A stretch of DNA of 63,567 nucleotides from Acidobacteriota bacterium. GTDB lineage: Bacteria; Acidobacteriota; Vicinamibacteria; Vicinamibacterales; UBA2999. Below are positions 29,338 through 39,079 of the stretch, one piece after another. The stretch lies in contig JBKPDL010000027.1 in the NCBI GenBank assembly GCA_046727855.1, forward strand, positions 1 to 63,567, given 5' to 3'. Position 1 is the stretch's first letter; the number at the start of each line of letters is the position of its first letter. The notes under the pieces are model-generated. The model saw nothing but the letters and a program-made list of their open reading frames with translations, was not told where the DNA came from and ran no database searches. Both the position numbers and the translations under genes were made by a program.

Positions 29338-29748
29338 GGCGTCGTTCTCGTCCTGCCGCGTTCTCGCGGTAGTGCCAGAAACCCAGATGACAGTGGCCGC
29401 GAGCACAATGATGCCGACACCGGTGAACGTGGCAAACGCAGCGAGCCGCTCGGCGCCAAAGGCCCATTCAACCGGTGCATTGTCGACCAGCATTTCCTCG
29501 AGCGGCTCGACGACCTGTGCGAGGAAGGCCGCGATTCCCACGATCGCCATGCTCGCGGAAACAAGCTGCCTTCTCCACACCCGGCAGACGTACCAGCCGA
29601 CAAGCGCGAACACCGGTATGGCAATGAGCCAATGTTGTGACCACCCAAGGCTCAATCGGTGATGTGTGGGCCGCGCAAAGTGCCAATCCACGTGCATCGC
29701 CGACGCGAGCGCAACGATGACGAGTATGACGCCTGCGGTTCGCCCCAT
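29332..29748 (-). CDS. hypothetical 4-TM membrane protein
   Basis: Hydrophobic segments; HVDWHFARP motif. Confidence 0.65.
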   Translation of the reverse strand: MGRTAGVILVIVALASAMHVDWHFARPTHHRLSLGWSQHWLIAIPVFALVGWYVCRVWRRQLVSASMAIVGIAAFLAQVVEPLEEMLVDNAPVEWAFGAERLAAFATFTGVGIIVLAATVIWVSGTTARTRQDENDAV

Positions 29749-29800
29749 AAGTCAGTTAATTCAACCCAGTTCGCTGTTAATCACGCGACGACCCTAATCG

Positions 29801-29863
29801 GTTCGCGCTCGGCTTCGGCACCCCGCAACTCGCCGCGTTGCCCGGGCGGCCGCACGCGCGAAC
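29801..29863. repeat. 63-bp GC-rich core element with 8-bp inverted ends
   Basis: GTTCGCGC...GCGCGAAC; internal GCGCTCGGCTTCGGCA..CGCAACTCGCC shared with other copies. Confidence 0.7.
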
Positions 29864-30109
29864 TACACAAGTTTCTTGCGGAAGAACTGCAGCCGAAGGG
29901 TCCGCTCGAATCCTAACGCGCGTGCGCGCGTAGGCCCACGTCGTTGTGCGGCTCAACGTCCGAACCAAGCTCCTTGTAGCCACGCTCGCGGACCAGCGCT
30001 CAACGGCCTCGCTCAGTGCTCGCCCAACACCCGATCGCCGGAGATCCGGTGCAATCCAGCACCCTTCGATATACGGGACTGGTGTGGAGTAACACGCGTC
30101 CGCCCGCAT
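29863..30109 (-). pseudogene. AAC(6')-like aminoglycoside acetyltransferase remnant
   Basis: VPYIEGCWIAPDLRRSGVGRAL / RERGYKELGSDVE..N..RAH / ALGFE..FFRKKL across two frameshifts; N-terminus missing. Confidence 0.75.
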
Positions 30110-30169
30110 TCATTAGCTTCGCAAGTTCGCGCGTTCGCCGGTTCGCGATGGCGCTCGGATCACGCGGTC

Positions 30170-30688
30170 TCACTCGGCGTCCCCAGGAATGAAGCCAGCA
30201 TCGCACACCATTGTCCACGATGTGCCCGATTGGCCGACACGGCGAAAGCCTTCGCTCTCGTACAACCCCCTGGCCGGGTTCGCGGGGTTGACGCTGAGGC
30301 TCAGGGCCCGAAGGTTATCGCGACGTGCGGTGTCGATGATGGCGCGGAGCAGTGCACGGCCGATACCTTGGGTGCGGTGCGCGCGTACGACGGCAAGGCC
30401 GAGCTCGGGGACGTCGTCGCTCACAAACCCGTAAGAGTGGACTTCAGGCGTCCACAGCCGAAACCACGCTGCTCCGAGTCGCTGCCCGGTGTCGGTCACC
30501 GCAACGAGCAACCGATCGCCAAGGCGGCCCCAGCCGGCAACGATCTTGGCAAACTCAGGCCGGACTCGGAACGCGCCCAGCGCGGGACGCGCGACGGCTT
30601 CGTCCCAGAAGAATGCTTCAAAGAGCATTTCTTCCAGAAAGGCAACGTCCGATGAATCTCCGGCTCGAATCTGCACTCCCTCAGCCAT
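30170..30688 (-). CDS. GNAT family N-acetyltransferase (paralog of 12543-13064)
   Basis: MAEGVQIRAGDSSDVAFLEEMLFEAFFWD...; start ATG 30688. Confidence 0.85.
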   Translation of the reverse strand: MAEGVQIRAGDSSDVAFLEEMLFEAFFWDEAVARPALGAFRVRPEFAKIVAGWGRLGDRLLVAVTDTGQRLGAAWFRLWTPEVHSYGFVSDDVPELGLAVVRAHRTQGIGRALLRAIIDTARRDNLRALSLSVNPANPARGLYESEGFRRVGQSGTSWTMVCDAGFIPGDAE

Positions 30689-30751
30689 ACAGCGCGATCC
30701 TAGACGGACTGACAAGAGTCTCCTGCGCGCGCGGCGTTGTACGATCGGTGA

Positions 30752-31648
30752 ATGAACGCCGCCATGCTGGCGCGTCTGTTCAAACAATCGCTGTGGGCGT
30801 GGTGGAACGATAATGCGCTGCGCCTCGGCGCCTCGCTCGCGTTTTACACGCTGTTTGCCATCGCGCCAGTGCTGCTCGTCGCCATCGCGATTGCCGGTCT
30901 GGTGTTTGGAGCAGAGGCTGTGCGCGGCGAGATCGTCGGCCAAATCGATGGCCTGGTCGGACACGACGGCGCGCAAGCCGTGCAGGCATTGCTCGAAGGG
31001 GCGAGCAAGCGACAGTCGGGCGTCTTCGCCACCATGGTCGGAACGGTCACGTTGCTGCTGGCGGCAACCAGCGCATTCCTCGAACTTCAGGCCGCGCTGA
31101 ACGCGATCTGGCGCGTGAAACCGAATCCCGACGCCAACCTGATCGCGTACCTCAAGGCGCGCCTGCGCTCGTTCGCCATTGTCGTGGCCATCGGTTTTCT
31201 GCTCCTGGTGTCGTTGGTGGTCAGCGCCGTGCTTGCCGCGATCAACGGCTGGCTTGCGCGTCGCGCGCCGGGCTGGCCGATCTTCTGGCAAGCGATCAAT
31301 GTCGCGGTGTCCTTTGCCGTCACGACGGCGCTGTTTGCGTTGCTCTTTCGCTTTCTGCCTGACGTCAAACTGGGATGGCGCGACGTCGCGACGGGATCGG
31401 TCGTCACCGCGGTGCTGTTCACCGCCGGTAAACACCTGATCGGACTCTATCTCGGTCAGAGCACGATCGCTTCGTCTTACGGTGCAGCCGCGTCGGTGAT
31501 TTTGCTGTTGTTGTGGGTCTATTACTCGTCCCAGATCGTGCTCCTCGGCGCCGAGTTCACTCGACTTTATTCAGCGGCGCGGGGTGGTCGCCCGCCGCCC
31601 GAGGAGTTTGCCGAGCGTGATCCGCGCGCGCCGGCAAAAGCCACCTGA
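30752..31648 (+). CDS. YihY/virulence factor BrkB family membrane protein
   Basis: GASLAFYTLF, LQAALNAIW, YGAAAS..LLWVYYS..LLGAE. Confidence 0.92.
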   Translation: MNAAMLARLFKQSLWAWWNDNALRLGASLAFYTLFAIAPVLLVAIAIAGLVFGAEAVRGEIVGQIDGLVGHDGAQAVQALLEGASKRQSGVFATMVGTVTLLLAATSAFLELQAALNAIWRVKPNPDANLIAYLKARLRSFAIVVAIGFLLLVSLVVSAVLAAINGWLARRAPGWPIFWQAINVAVSFAVTTALFALLFRFLPDVKLGWRDVATGSVVTAVLFTAGKHLIGLYLGQSTIASSYGAAASVILLLLWVYYSSQIVLLGAEFTRLYSAARGGRPPPEEFAERDPRAPAKAT

Positions 31649-31690
31649 CAGATCATTTGCCGCGCGGCTTTAGGCCGCGCGCGCCTGAAG

Positions 31691-31909
31691 TCATCGTCTG
31701 CGCGCGACGACGAGCAGGAGCACGCCGCCGGCAACGGCCGCAATGCCGACGAGCGGCGGCAAAGGAACGGTTTTTCTACTCTCCCTCGTTGCTTCGAGCG
31801 GCCCGATATCGAGCACCTTCTCCCGTGTCGTGTACGAGATCTGCTGATACGCGAGCGCCAGCAGACCTACGACGATCAACAGAATGCCTGCAATGGCCGT
31901 GAGTTTCAT
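31691..31909 (-). CDS. small 2-TM protein (DUF3185-like)
   Basis: YTTREKVLDIGPLEAT..KTVPLPP. Confidence 0.8.
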   Translation of the reverse strand: MKLTAIAGILLIVVGLLALAYQQISYTTREKVLDIGPLEATRESRKTVPLPPLVGIAAVAGGVLLLVVARRR

Positions 31910-32525
31910 TTCGGAATGATAATGGAGTTTCGTGCCTTGAGTTGGCCTCGCGCTACGGCGCGATCCACGCGTCGTTATAGCCATCGCATCGGCGTTGCGA
32001 CGCGGTCTTCTGTGCTGCCGGCAACGTATCGAAGGGACCAACGCGCACGCGGAACACGTCAGTGTCGCCGACAGTGGCTCGCAACAAGTAGGCCAGATAC
32101 CCTGCGGACGTTAACCGCTCCAATAGGTCGCGAGCCTCATCCAGTGTCGGCGGCGCCGCAACCTGGATCTTGTAACCACCCCCCTCCGCCAGAGCAGGAA
32201 GCGCATCGGAGCGCGATTCATGGCGAATCGACCGGACGTCGGGCGCGGGCGCGGGTGCCGTATCCGTCTGAGTCTGGGCGACCTGCTTTGGTTGGCTCGC
32301 GGACCCTGTTGTCGAAACCGACGTAACTTTCGCTCGCGCTTCAAGCGGGCGATTGAGATGAGCGTCGCGGTTCGCGACAGCTTGGCATTAGGCTCAGTTG
32401 GACTTCACAACTTGGCGCGGGTCTGCACATACGGACTGCGCGCAGTTCGGAGACTGCTCGTTGTCGACTGCGCTCGACCTCGGCACCCCCGCAACTCGCT
32501 GGGTCGTCGCGGAGGCCCGGTGCAC

Positions 32526-32737
32526 TCGCGAATTTGGAGGTTTGGAGGGTTTGGAGATTTGGAGTTGATTTGGAAATTTATCAATTCGGCGATTGGCTGA
32601 TTGGCAAATCTTCAAATCGCCAAATCCCCAAATCCCAAATCCCCAAATCTCCAAATTTTCAAATCGCCAAATCTCGAGATCGCCAAATCGCCAAATCGAC
32701 TCCAAATCTCCAAATCGTCAAGTCTCCAAATTCGCGA
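32526..32737. repeat. octamer inverted-array element, complete copy 3
   Basis: Perfect 14-bp inverted termini TCGCGAATTTGGAG / CTCCAAATTCGCGA; ATTTGGAG arm followed by CTCCAAAT arm. Confidence 0.92.
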
Positions 32738-32823
32738 TCCTTCCAAATTCGCTGTCTGGTCACTGCCCATGCTACGATGCCGATGCCCTTCTTCCGCGCA
32801 CCAATCCTTTGTTGGAGACCACC

Positions 32824-34272
32824 ATGACCGAGCAGACCGTAGCGTCCTTGCAGCAGCGCCTCCGCGGGCGTTTGATTCAGCCGACCGATGCCGACTACGA
32901 CGCCGCCCGCGCGCTGTACAACGGAATGATTGACAAGAAACCGCGCCTGATCGTGCGCTGCGCGAACGTCGCGGACGTGATTGCGGCCGTGAACTTCACC
33001 CGCGAGGAGGGCCTGCTCCTGGCGATTCGCGGCGGCGGTCACAGCGGCCCCGGTCTTGGCAGCTGCGACAACGGGTTGGTGATCGATCTGTCGGCGATGA
33101 AAAGCGTGCGCGTCGATCCGAACACGCGCACGGTTCGCGTCGATCCAGGTTGCACGTCGGGTGACGTCGACCACGCGACGCACGCCTTCGGTTTGGCGGT
33201 GCCATTTGGCATCGTGTCCACCACCGGCGTCGCAGGGCTGACGCTGGGCGGCGGCACTGGTTACCTCACTCGCAAGCACGGCCTCACCATCGACAACTTG
33301 ATCGAAGCCGACGTTGTCCTCGCCGACGGGAGCTTCGTGACGACAAACGCGGACACGCATCCCGATCTGTTCTGGGCGTTGCGCGGCGGCGGGGGCAATT
33401 TCGGCGTGGTGACGAGCTTCGTCTTCCGCGCGCATCCAGTGGCCGCGGTTTACGCGGGCCCAATCTTTTGGGACGCGAAGAACGACGGTACGACCGTGAT
33501 GCGGACCTACCGCGACTTCATGGCGAGCGCGCCGGAGGATCTCGGTATCTTCGTCGGCCTCAAAACCGTACCACCGATGGATCCGTTCCCACGCGAGCAC
33601 TGGGGCAAACGCGCGTGCGCCATCATCGGCGCCTACAACGGATCCGCCGCGGACGGACAGCGTGCCATGCAGCCGCTGCTCGAACAGTTACCGGCGCCGC
33701 TCTTCAACTGGATGAGCGAGATACCGTTCCCGGCGATGCAGTCACTCTTCGATCCGTTCTTCCCGAAAGGCCTGCAGTGGTACTGGAAGGGCGACTTCGT
33801 CAAGACGTTGCCGGACGAAGCGATCGACACGCATATCGCACAAGCCGCAAATGCACCAAGCGATCTCTGTTTGATGCATCTCTATCCGATTGACGGTGCG
33901 GTGCACTCCGTCGCCAAGGACGCCACCGCATGGGACGCGCGCGATGCGCGGTGGTCGATGGTGGTCGCCGCGATCGATCCGGATCCCGCGAAAGCAGTGC
34001 CGTTGACAACGTGGGGCCGCGGCTATTGGAAGGCCGTGCACCCGTTCAACCTCGGCGGTGCCTACATCAATTTCCTGATGGACGACGAGGCCCAGGGTCG
34101 CGTGCAGGCGAGTTACGGAGACAACTACGAGCGGCTCACCGAGGTGAAGACGAACTACGATCCAGCGAACTTGTTCCGAGTGAACCAGAACATCGCGCCC
34201 GCGGTACCCTCGTCCGCCGATCGCCGCGCCGCTACCGGACAAGCGGACGCCCGTCCCGGAGCGACGGCATAG
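32824..34272 (+). CDS. FAD-binding oxidoreductase, berberine-bridge-enzyme family
   Basis: RGGGHS covalent-FAD His, DLFWALRGGGGNFGVVT, YDPANLFRVNQNI. Confidence 0.92.
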   Translation: MTEQTVASLQQRLRGRLIQPTDADYDAARALYNGMIDKKPRLIVRCANVADVIAAVNFTREEGLLLAIRGGGHSGPGLGSCDNGLVIDLSAMKSVRVDPNTRTVRVDPGCTSGDVDHATHAFGLAVPFGIVSTTGVAGLTLGGGTGYLTRKHGLTIDNLIEADVVLADGSFVTTNADTHPDLFWALRGGGGNFGVVTSFVFRAHPVAAVYAGPIFWDAKNDGTTVMRTYRDFMASAPEDLGIFVGLKTVPPMDPFPREHWGKRACAIIGAYNGSAADGQRAMQPLLEQLPAPLFNWMSEIPFPAMQSLFDPFFPKGLQWYWKGDFVKTLPDEAIDTHIAQAANAPSDLCLMHLYPIDGAVHSVAKDATAWDARDARWSMVVAAIDPDPAKAVPLTTWGRGYWKAVHPFNLGGAYINFLMDDEAQGRVQASYGDNYERLTEVKTNYDPANLFRVNQNIAPAVPSSADRRAATGQADARPGATA

Positions 34273-34286
34273 AGGGTTGCATCACC

Positions 34287-34440
34287 CGAATCTGGGGATT
34301 TGGAGGAACTTGGAGATTTGGAGCTGATTTGGAGATTTGCAGATTCCTGGATTTTGCGATTGCTAAATCTCCAAATCGTCAATCACCAAATCGCCAGATC
34401 TGCTCCAAATCTCCAGCTCTCCAAACCCCAAATTCACGCG
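34287..34440. repeat. octamer inverted-array element, complete copy 4
   Basis: GAATCTGGGG ... CCCCAAATTC termini with opposed arms. Confidence 0.9.
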
Positions 34441-34446
34441 ACACCA

Positions 34447-35046
34447 TTACTGTCCCGGTATCATGATGTGCGCGGTCGATGTGCCCGCATTCATAATCCA
34501 CGCACCACCTTGCTTGGGGTTGTCCGGCAGGCCGGTGGACTGAGTGGTGGCGCCCGGCACTGCGATCATGGCGTGGTGCCGTTGGGCACGTTCGCGGTCC
34601 GGGCCCGCGACGCTGTGCCACACAGACCCGTACTCAGGCTTCACACGCGTCCCGTCCTTTTCCATCGCGTTGAGCATCTCCTCGGATTTCTTCCTATCAC
34701 CCGTCGCCTCGGCCTTCAGATTCTGAGCGACGCGATCGAGGTTGGCGACGCTCGTGCACTGAACGGAGAACGGCTGCTGTTGAGGGAATCCGGACCGGTC
34801 ATAGCAGACGAGGCGGTTCGTGCCTTTTCTAAGCGTCTCGTAGGTGTTGTCTGGTTTCCATTTGATAACGGTTGCCTGATCCTTCTGATTCGCAGGCGCG
34901 GCGACGAGCGCCTTATCTACGTCGGCCTGCGACGCGCCTGGTTCGAGCTCCGGCGGTGCCGCAGCAGTACCGCCGCCGCGTCCTTGCGCGAGCAAGACGC
35001 TGGAAACCGCCAGGATATTGATCACCAACAGGGCAGTGCGCTTCAT
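34447..35046 (-). CDS. secreted hypothetical protein
   Basis: Signal peptide; GGAGG RBS; C-terminal WIMNAGTSTAHIMIPG. Confidence 0.75.
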   Translation of the reverse strand: MKRTALLVINILAVSSVLLAQGRGGGTAAAPPELEPGASQADVDKALVAAPANQKDQATVIKWKPDNTYETLRKGTNRLVCYDRSGFPQQQPFSVQCTSVANLDRVAQNLKAEATGDRKKSEEMLNAMEKDGTRVKPEYGSVWHSVAGPDRERAQRHHAMIAVPGATTQSTGLPDNPKQGGAWIMNAGTSTAHIMIPGQ

Positions 35047-35189
35047 ATGGACCTCCATGCCGTAAGGCACTGCGCTTATTTTACGCAGTCGACCGGCCGT
35101 CTGAAGCAGTACCGGCAACGTCGGTGACCGTCCGCTGTCCGCGATGACGCAGGCACGTCAAACGCACAAGAACTAGAATCACCTCCACG

Positions 35190-35618
35190 GTGCAGCTCGA
35201 TCAATTCCTGGGAACTCAAGTTGCCGGCGCGCTGAAGATTTCTGAAGCGGCGATGAACGAGTTGCTGAACACCAAAGGGTCGCCAGTGCGCGGCGCCGCG
35301 ATCTCCGTTGCTCCAGACAACGAAGTCGTCTTTCGCTACGGCGTGCTCCGCGCGCGCGCGACGCTGATTGGTGTGATCGACGTCGGTGCCGCGCCCCGCC
35401 TTCGGCTGCGGCTCGCCTCCCTTTTCGTTGGGGTCGCGCTCAGCGCAGCGCTGCGCCAGCCGTACCTCCGCGTGAACGGCCGAGAGGTCACGATTTCTCT
35501 GGCAGACGTGCCGGCGCTGCACGGATTACGCGAAGTGTGGCCGTGCGTCAAAAGCGCAGGCTTTCGGACCGACGGTCGCGCCATCGTGATGGACTTCACG
35601 TTTTCAGTGACGGAGTAG
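35190..35618 (+). CDS. hypothetical protein
   Basis: Coupled to the next ORF and shares terminal motifs with it. Confidence 0.65.
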   Translation: MQLDQFLGTQVAGALKISEAAMNELLNTKGSPVRGAAISVAPDNEVVFRYGVLRARATLIGVIDVGAAPRLRLRLASLFVGVALSAALRQPYLRVNGREVTISLADVPALHGLREVWPCVKSAGFRTDGRAIVMDFTFSVTE

Positions 35619-35622
35619 CGCG

Positions 35623-35868
35623 ATGCGAGATTGGATTGCGGCGCAACTTGCCGCTGGCCTTCCAGCGTTTGCCGGATCGAAACTCTCAGGTACGCTCGTG
35701 GTGAAACAGGAAGTCGTGAACGAGCTGATCGCGAAGTGGCTTGCTGCCGACAGCGCTCCTTCAGAAGCGCCGCGCGTCGATCTTCGAGTGTTGCGCACGG
35801 CAATCAAATCCGCGACCGTGCGGGCAGAGAACGGCAAGCTGCTGATTGATGTCGAGATCAGTCTGTAG
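35623..35868 (+). CDS. hypothetical protein, short paralog of 35190-35618
   Basis: GGAG RBS; N- and C-terminal similarity to the upstream ORF. Confidence 0.65.
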   Translation: MRDWIAAQLAAGLPAFAGSKLSGTLVVKQEVVNELIAKWLAADSAPSEAPRVDLRVLRTAIKSATVRAENGKLLIDVEISL

Positions 35869-36768
35869 CACCACGACGGAGGAGACGATCCGAAATTCCG
35901 ATTTGCAGCTTTGACCTTTTGGGGTCGTTCTCGCCGCGACGGCGACAATCAGGTCGAACTTCTCGCAAAGACGCTTGTCGGCTGCGTCCTGGACCACCGC
36001 GATAGGTTCCAGGCCGCTCTTCATAATCGCGGACGTGGCAGCAGGCGAGGCCAAATATCGAACGAGCGCCAGGGCAACAGCCTGATTCGGTGAACCAATG
36101 ACGACCCCGGCCGAGATGGTAGTGATTCGCTGAACGTCAGCCGGCAGCGGTCCGATGTAATCGATGCCGGGCACGGGAAGCAACTCGCTGATCTGCTGAA
36201 AGCCGATTTCCGCTTCGCCTCGCGCAACTACCGAACCGACGCGTTCGCGTTCGATCCGGCGGCTCTTCGATTTCATTTGTTCGGCAATACCGAGACGCGG
36301 AAAGAGCTCGTTGACAAGATAGTCGCCGCTGACGCTTGCCGAGTATGCGATCGACTTCGCTTGCAAGAGCGTACGCTGCAACGCCTCAACGGTGCTGATG
36401 TCGGGCCGCAGCGCTCCGGTCCGCACGGCCACGCCAATGGCGGACCGCGCGAGCGCGACTTTGCTGCCGGCCACGACCTTGCCTGCGCGAATCAAGCCGT
36501 CCAGCGTGGCCTCAGGCAGAATCAGGACGTCAACGGGTTCGCCGCGCTGCACTCGACTTGCGATCGATTCCATCCCGGTTCCCATCGACGTTGTCGCCGT
36601 CACGACCTTCACCTTCATCGTCTGTTCGAACTGCGGCGCCAGTTCGAGATACGGGGCCGTGAACGCGCCCGAGGTCATCACTCTGATTTCGCCGGCGTAA
36701 ACCGTGACCGCGGCAAGAACGGCGACCGCGCACACCAGCGCCGTTCGCCGCGCACCATACGCTCGCAT
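35761..36768 (-). CDS. ModA-like substrate-binding protein; 3' extension doubtful
   Basis: VMTSGAF, PDIST, AYSASVSG, GEAEIGFQQISEL; domain ends near 36000. Confidence 0.8.
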   Translation of the reverse strand: MRAYGARRTALVCAVAVLAAVTVYAGEIRVMTSGAFTAPYLELAPQFEQTMKVKVVTATTSMGTGMESIASRVQRGEPVDVLILPEATLDGLIRAGKVVAGSKVALARSAIGVAVRTGALRPDISTVEALQRTLLQAKSIAYSASVSGDYLVNELFPRLGIAEQMKSKSRRIERERVGSVVARGEAEIGFQQISELLPVPGIDYIGPLPADVQRITTISAGVVIGSPNQAVALALVRYLASPAATSAIMKSGLEPIAVVQDAADKRLCEKFDLIVAVAARTTPKGQSCKSEFRIVSSVVVLQTDLDINQQLAVLCPHGRGFDCRAQHSKIDARRF

Positions 36769-36916
36769 ATGCCCTCACACAGTTCTTTGTGCCGTGCGGA
36801 TTGTACGCGCAACTCGCCTGCACTTCTCGACTATGTATCGCCGGCACGCGCGTCGTTCGTGCTTGCTTGCAGGGTGCCGCGGCGTTATATAGGACACGAC
36901 TCTTACGGAGCACCCC

Positions 36917-39043
36917 ATGCGTCACCGCCACAATTCGTTGTCTCTGCGCGCGCGCGTCGTCCTCGTCGTTACGCTCACGCTCTTCGCCGGCGGCGCGGCG
37001 CCACAAACGGCGCTCCTGCCCGAGAAAGGGACGGAGATTCTGTGGGACACGTATGGCATCCCGCACATCTTCGCGCCCGATCACCCGAGTCTCTTTTATG
37101 CCTACGGCTACGCGCAGATGGAGGGGCACGCCGAGCTGCTGGTGCGGCTCTACGCGCAGGCGCGCGGGCGCGGCGCGGAGTTCTACGGCGACGGCTACCT
37201 CGACAGCGATCGCTGGGTGCGCACGAACGGCATTCCCGACAAGGCAAAACAGTGGGCGGCGCAGCAGAGTCCGGAGTTCGGCGGCCTGATTCGCGCGTTT
37301 GCGGCGGGCTTGAACGCGTGGGCGGCAAAGAACCAGACCTCACTGACCGCGGCCGCGAGGGCCGTGCTGCCGCTCACGCCCGAGGACGTGTACGCGCATG
37401 GATTGCGCATCATTCATTACGACTGGCTCACGAGCGAGCAGAACGTCTACACCAAGATGCGTCGGGAGGAGGTGGAGACGCACGGCTCGAACGGCTGGGC
37501 GATCGGCCCCGCGAAAAGCGCCTCCGGCAATGCGATGCTGCTGAGCAACTCGCACTTGCCATGGTCCGACAGCGACACCTATTTCGAGGTGCAGCTCACG
37601 GCGCCAGGGGTGACGTCGTACGGCGCGGTCTGGGTGGGGTTCCCGGTGCTGCGGCAGTGTTTCACCGAGTTTGTGGCGTGGACCCAGACGACCAACGGCC
37701 CGACCGGGGCGGACGTGTATCGCCTGACGCTCGAGGGCGATGGCTACGTGCTCGACGGCAAGACGCGGGCGTTCGAGGTCGAGAACCAGATCATCAAAGT
37801 GCGTCAGGCTGACGGGTCGCTGCGTGACGTGCCGCACACGATTCGCCGGTCGGTGCACGGACCGGTGTTCTCGGAACGCCGCGGTGTCAGGGTTGCTCTC
37901 CGCGTGGTCGCGGCCGATCGCCCGAAGATGTTCGAGCAGTTCTGGCGCATGGGTCTCGCGAAAAACCTCGAAGAGTGGAAGAACGCCATGCGGATGCAGC
38001 AGTTGCCGATCTTCCACACCATGTACGCCGATCGTGACGGCCACATCATGTATGTCTACAACGCGGCGCCGCCGGTGCGGACGCATGGTGATCACGCGTA
38101 TTGGAACGGTGTCATTCCAGGCGACCGCTCGGATCTGATCGCATCCGACAAGATCGTGCCGTTCGATCAGCTGCCGCAGGTGCTCGATCCGCCGACCGGC
38201 TGGGTGCAGAACTGCAACGACTCGCCGTGGACGTCAACCTATCCGATGCAGATCGATCCGGCGAAGTTCGCGTCCTACATCGCGCCGCCGCCGGGTCACA
38301 CGCAGCGATCGCAGCGCAGCATCCGCCTGCTGTCGGAGTCCGGAAAGATCGCGTTGGCGGATCTGAAGGGCATGAAGCTCTCCACGCGCAGCGAAATCGC
38401 CGATCATTTCGTGGACGATCTGGCCGCGGCCGCGAGGGGCAGCGCGTCCGCGAAGGCAAAGGAAGCGGCGGAGATCCTCGCGAAGTGGGATCGCCAGGGC
38501 GAGACGACGAGCGACGGCGCGTTTCTCTTCTGGCGCTTCATCACCGCCGCGGGCAATAACTTCCAGAACATCGGCGGCTACGCGGTGAGGCCGGACGTCC
38601 GCCAGCCATTGACGACGCCGCGCGGCTTTGCCGATCCGGCGAAGGCCGTGGCGCTGCTCGACGCCGAAGCGCGGCGTCTCGAAGCCGATTACGACACGCT
38701 GCACGTGATCTGGGGCGACGTCATCCGCCTGCGTCGCGGCAATCTCGACCTGCCCGGCAACGGCGTCCCCGGCACGCTCGGCGGCATCAGGACGGTCAGC
38801 ACCGGCCCCTTCGTGAACGGCAAGACGCAAATTCAGGGCGGCGACACGTTCTACGCGGTGATCGAATTCCAGAAGAACGGCCCGCCCATCGGCGAGGCGC
38901 TCCTCGGCTACGGCAACTGGTCGCGCGTGGGCTCGAAGCACGTGGACGATCAGCTCGCGCTGGCGTCGCAGAAGAAGATGCGACCGATTGTGCGCAACCG
39001 GGAAGCGATTGAGAAGAATCTGGAGAGCCGGACGACTTTCTGA
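36917..39043 (+). CDS. penicillin acylase family Ntn-hydrolase (glutaryl-7-ACA acylase-like)
   Basis: WDTYGIPHI, G|SNGWAIGP autocleavage Ser, SHLPW, QNCN. Confidence 0.92.
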   Translation: MRHRHNSLSLRARVVLVVTLTLFAGGAAPQTALLPEKGTEILWDTYGIPHIFAPDHPSLFYAYGYAQMEGHAELLVRLYAQARGRGAEFYGDGYLDSDRWVRTNGIPDKAKQWAAQQSPEFGGLIRAFAAGLNAWAAKNQTSLTAAARAVLPLTPEDVYAHGLRIIHYDWLTSEQNVYTKMRREEVETHGSNGWAIGPAKSASGNAMLLSNSHLPWSDSDTYFEVQLTAPGVTSYGAVWVGFPVLRQCFTEFVAWTQTTNGPTGADVYRLTLEGDGYVLDGKTRAFEVENQIIKVRQADGSLRDVPHTIRRSVHGPVFSERRGVRVALRVVAADRPKMFEQFWRMGLAKNLEEWKNAMRMQQLPIFHTMYADRDGHIMYVYNAAPPVRTHGDHAYWNGVIPGDRSDLIASDKIVPFDQLPQVLDPPTGWVQNCNDSPWTSTYPMQIDPAKFASYIAPPPGHTQRSQRSIRLLSESGKIALADLKGMKLSTRSEIADHFVDDLAAAARGSASAKAKEAAEILAKWDRQGETTSDGAFLFWRFITAAGNNFQNIGGYAVRPDVRQPLTTPRGFADPAKAVALLDAEARRLEADYDTLHVIWGDVIRLRRGNLDLPGNGVPGTLGGIRTVSTGPFVNGKTQIQGGDTFYAVIEFQKNGPPIGEALLGYGNWSRVGSKHVDDQLALASQKKMRPIVRNREAIEKNLESRTTF

Positions 39044-39079
39044 GCTGGTCCAAACGCGTCGGTAGTGCGCGCTGGCGCG

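Noticed and set aside
32394-32933. Track ORFs with ISKSPNLQ / IWRFGDL repeats (also near 15053-15479, 34155-34400, 38950-39192, 41190-41430, 49597-49971)
   Set aside because: Translations of the octamer arrays, open in several frames and strands; no coding signal.
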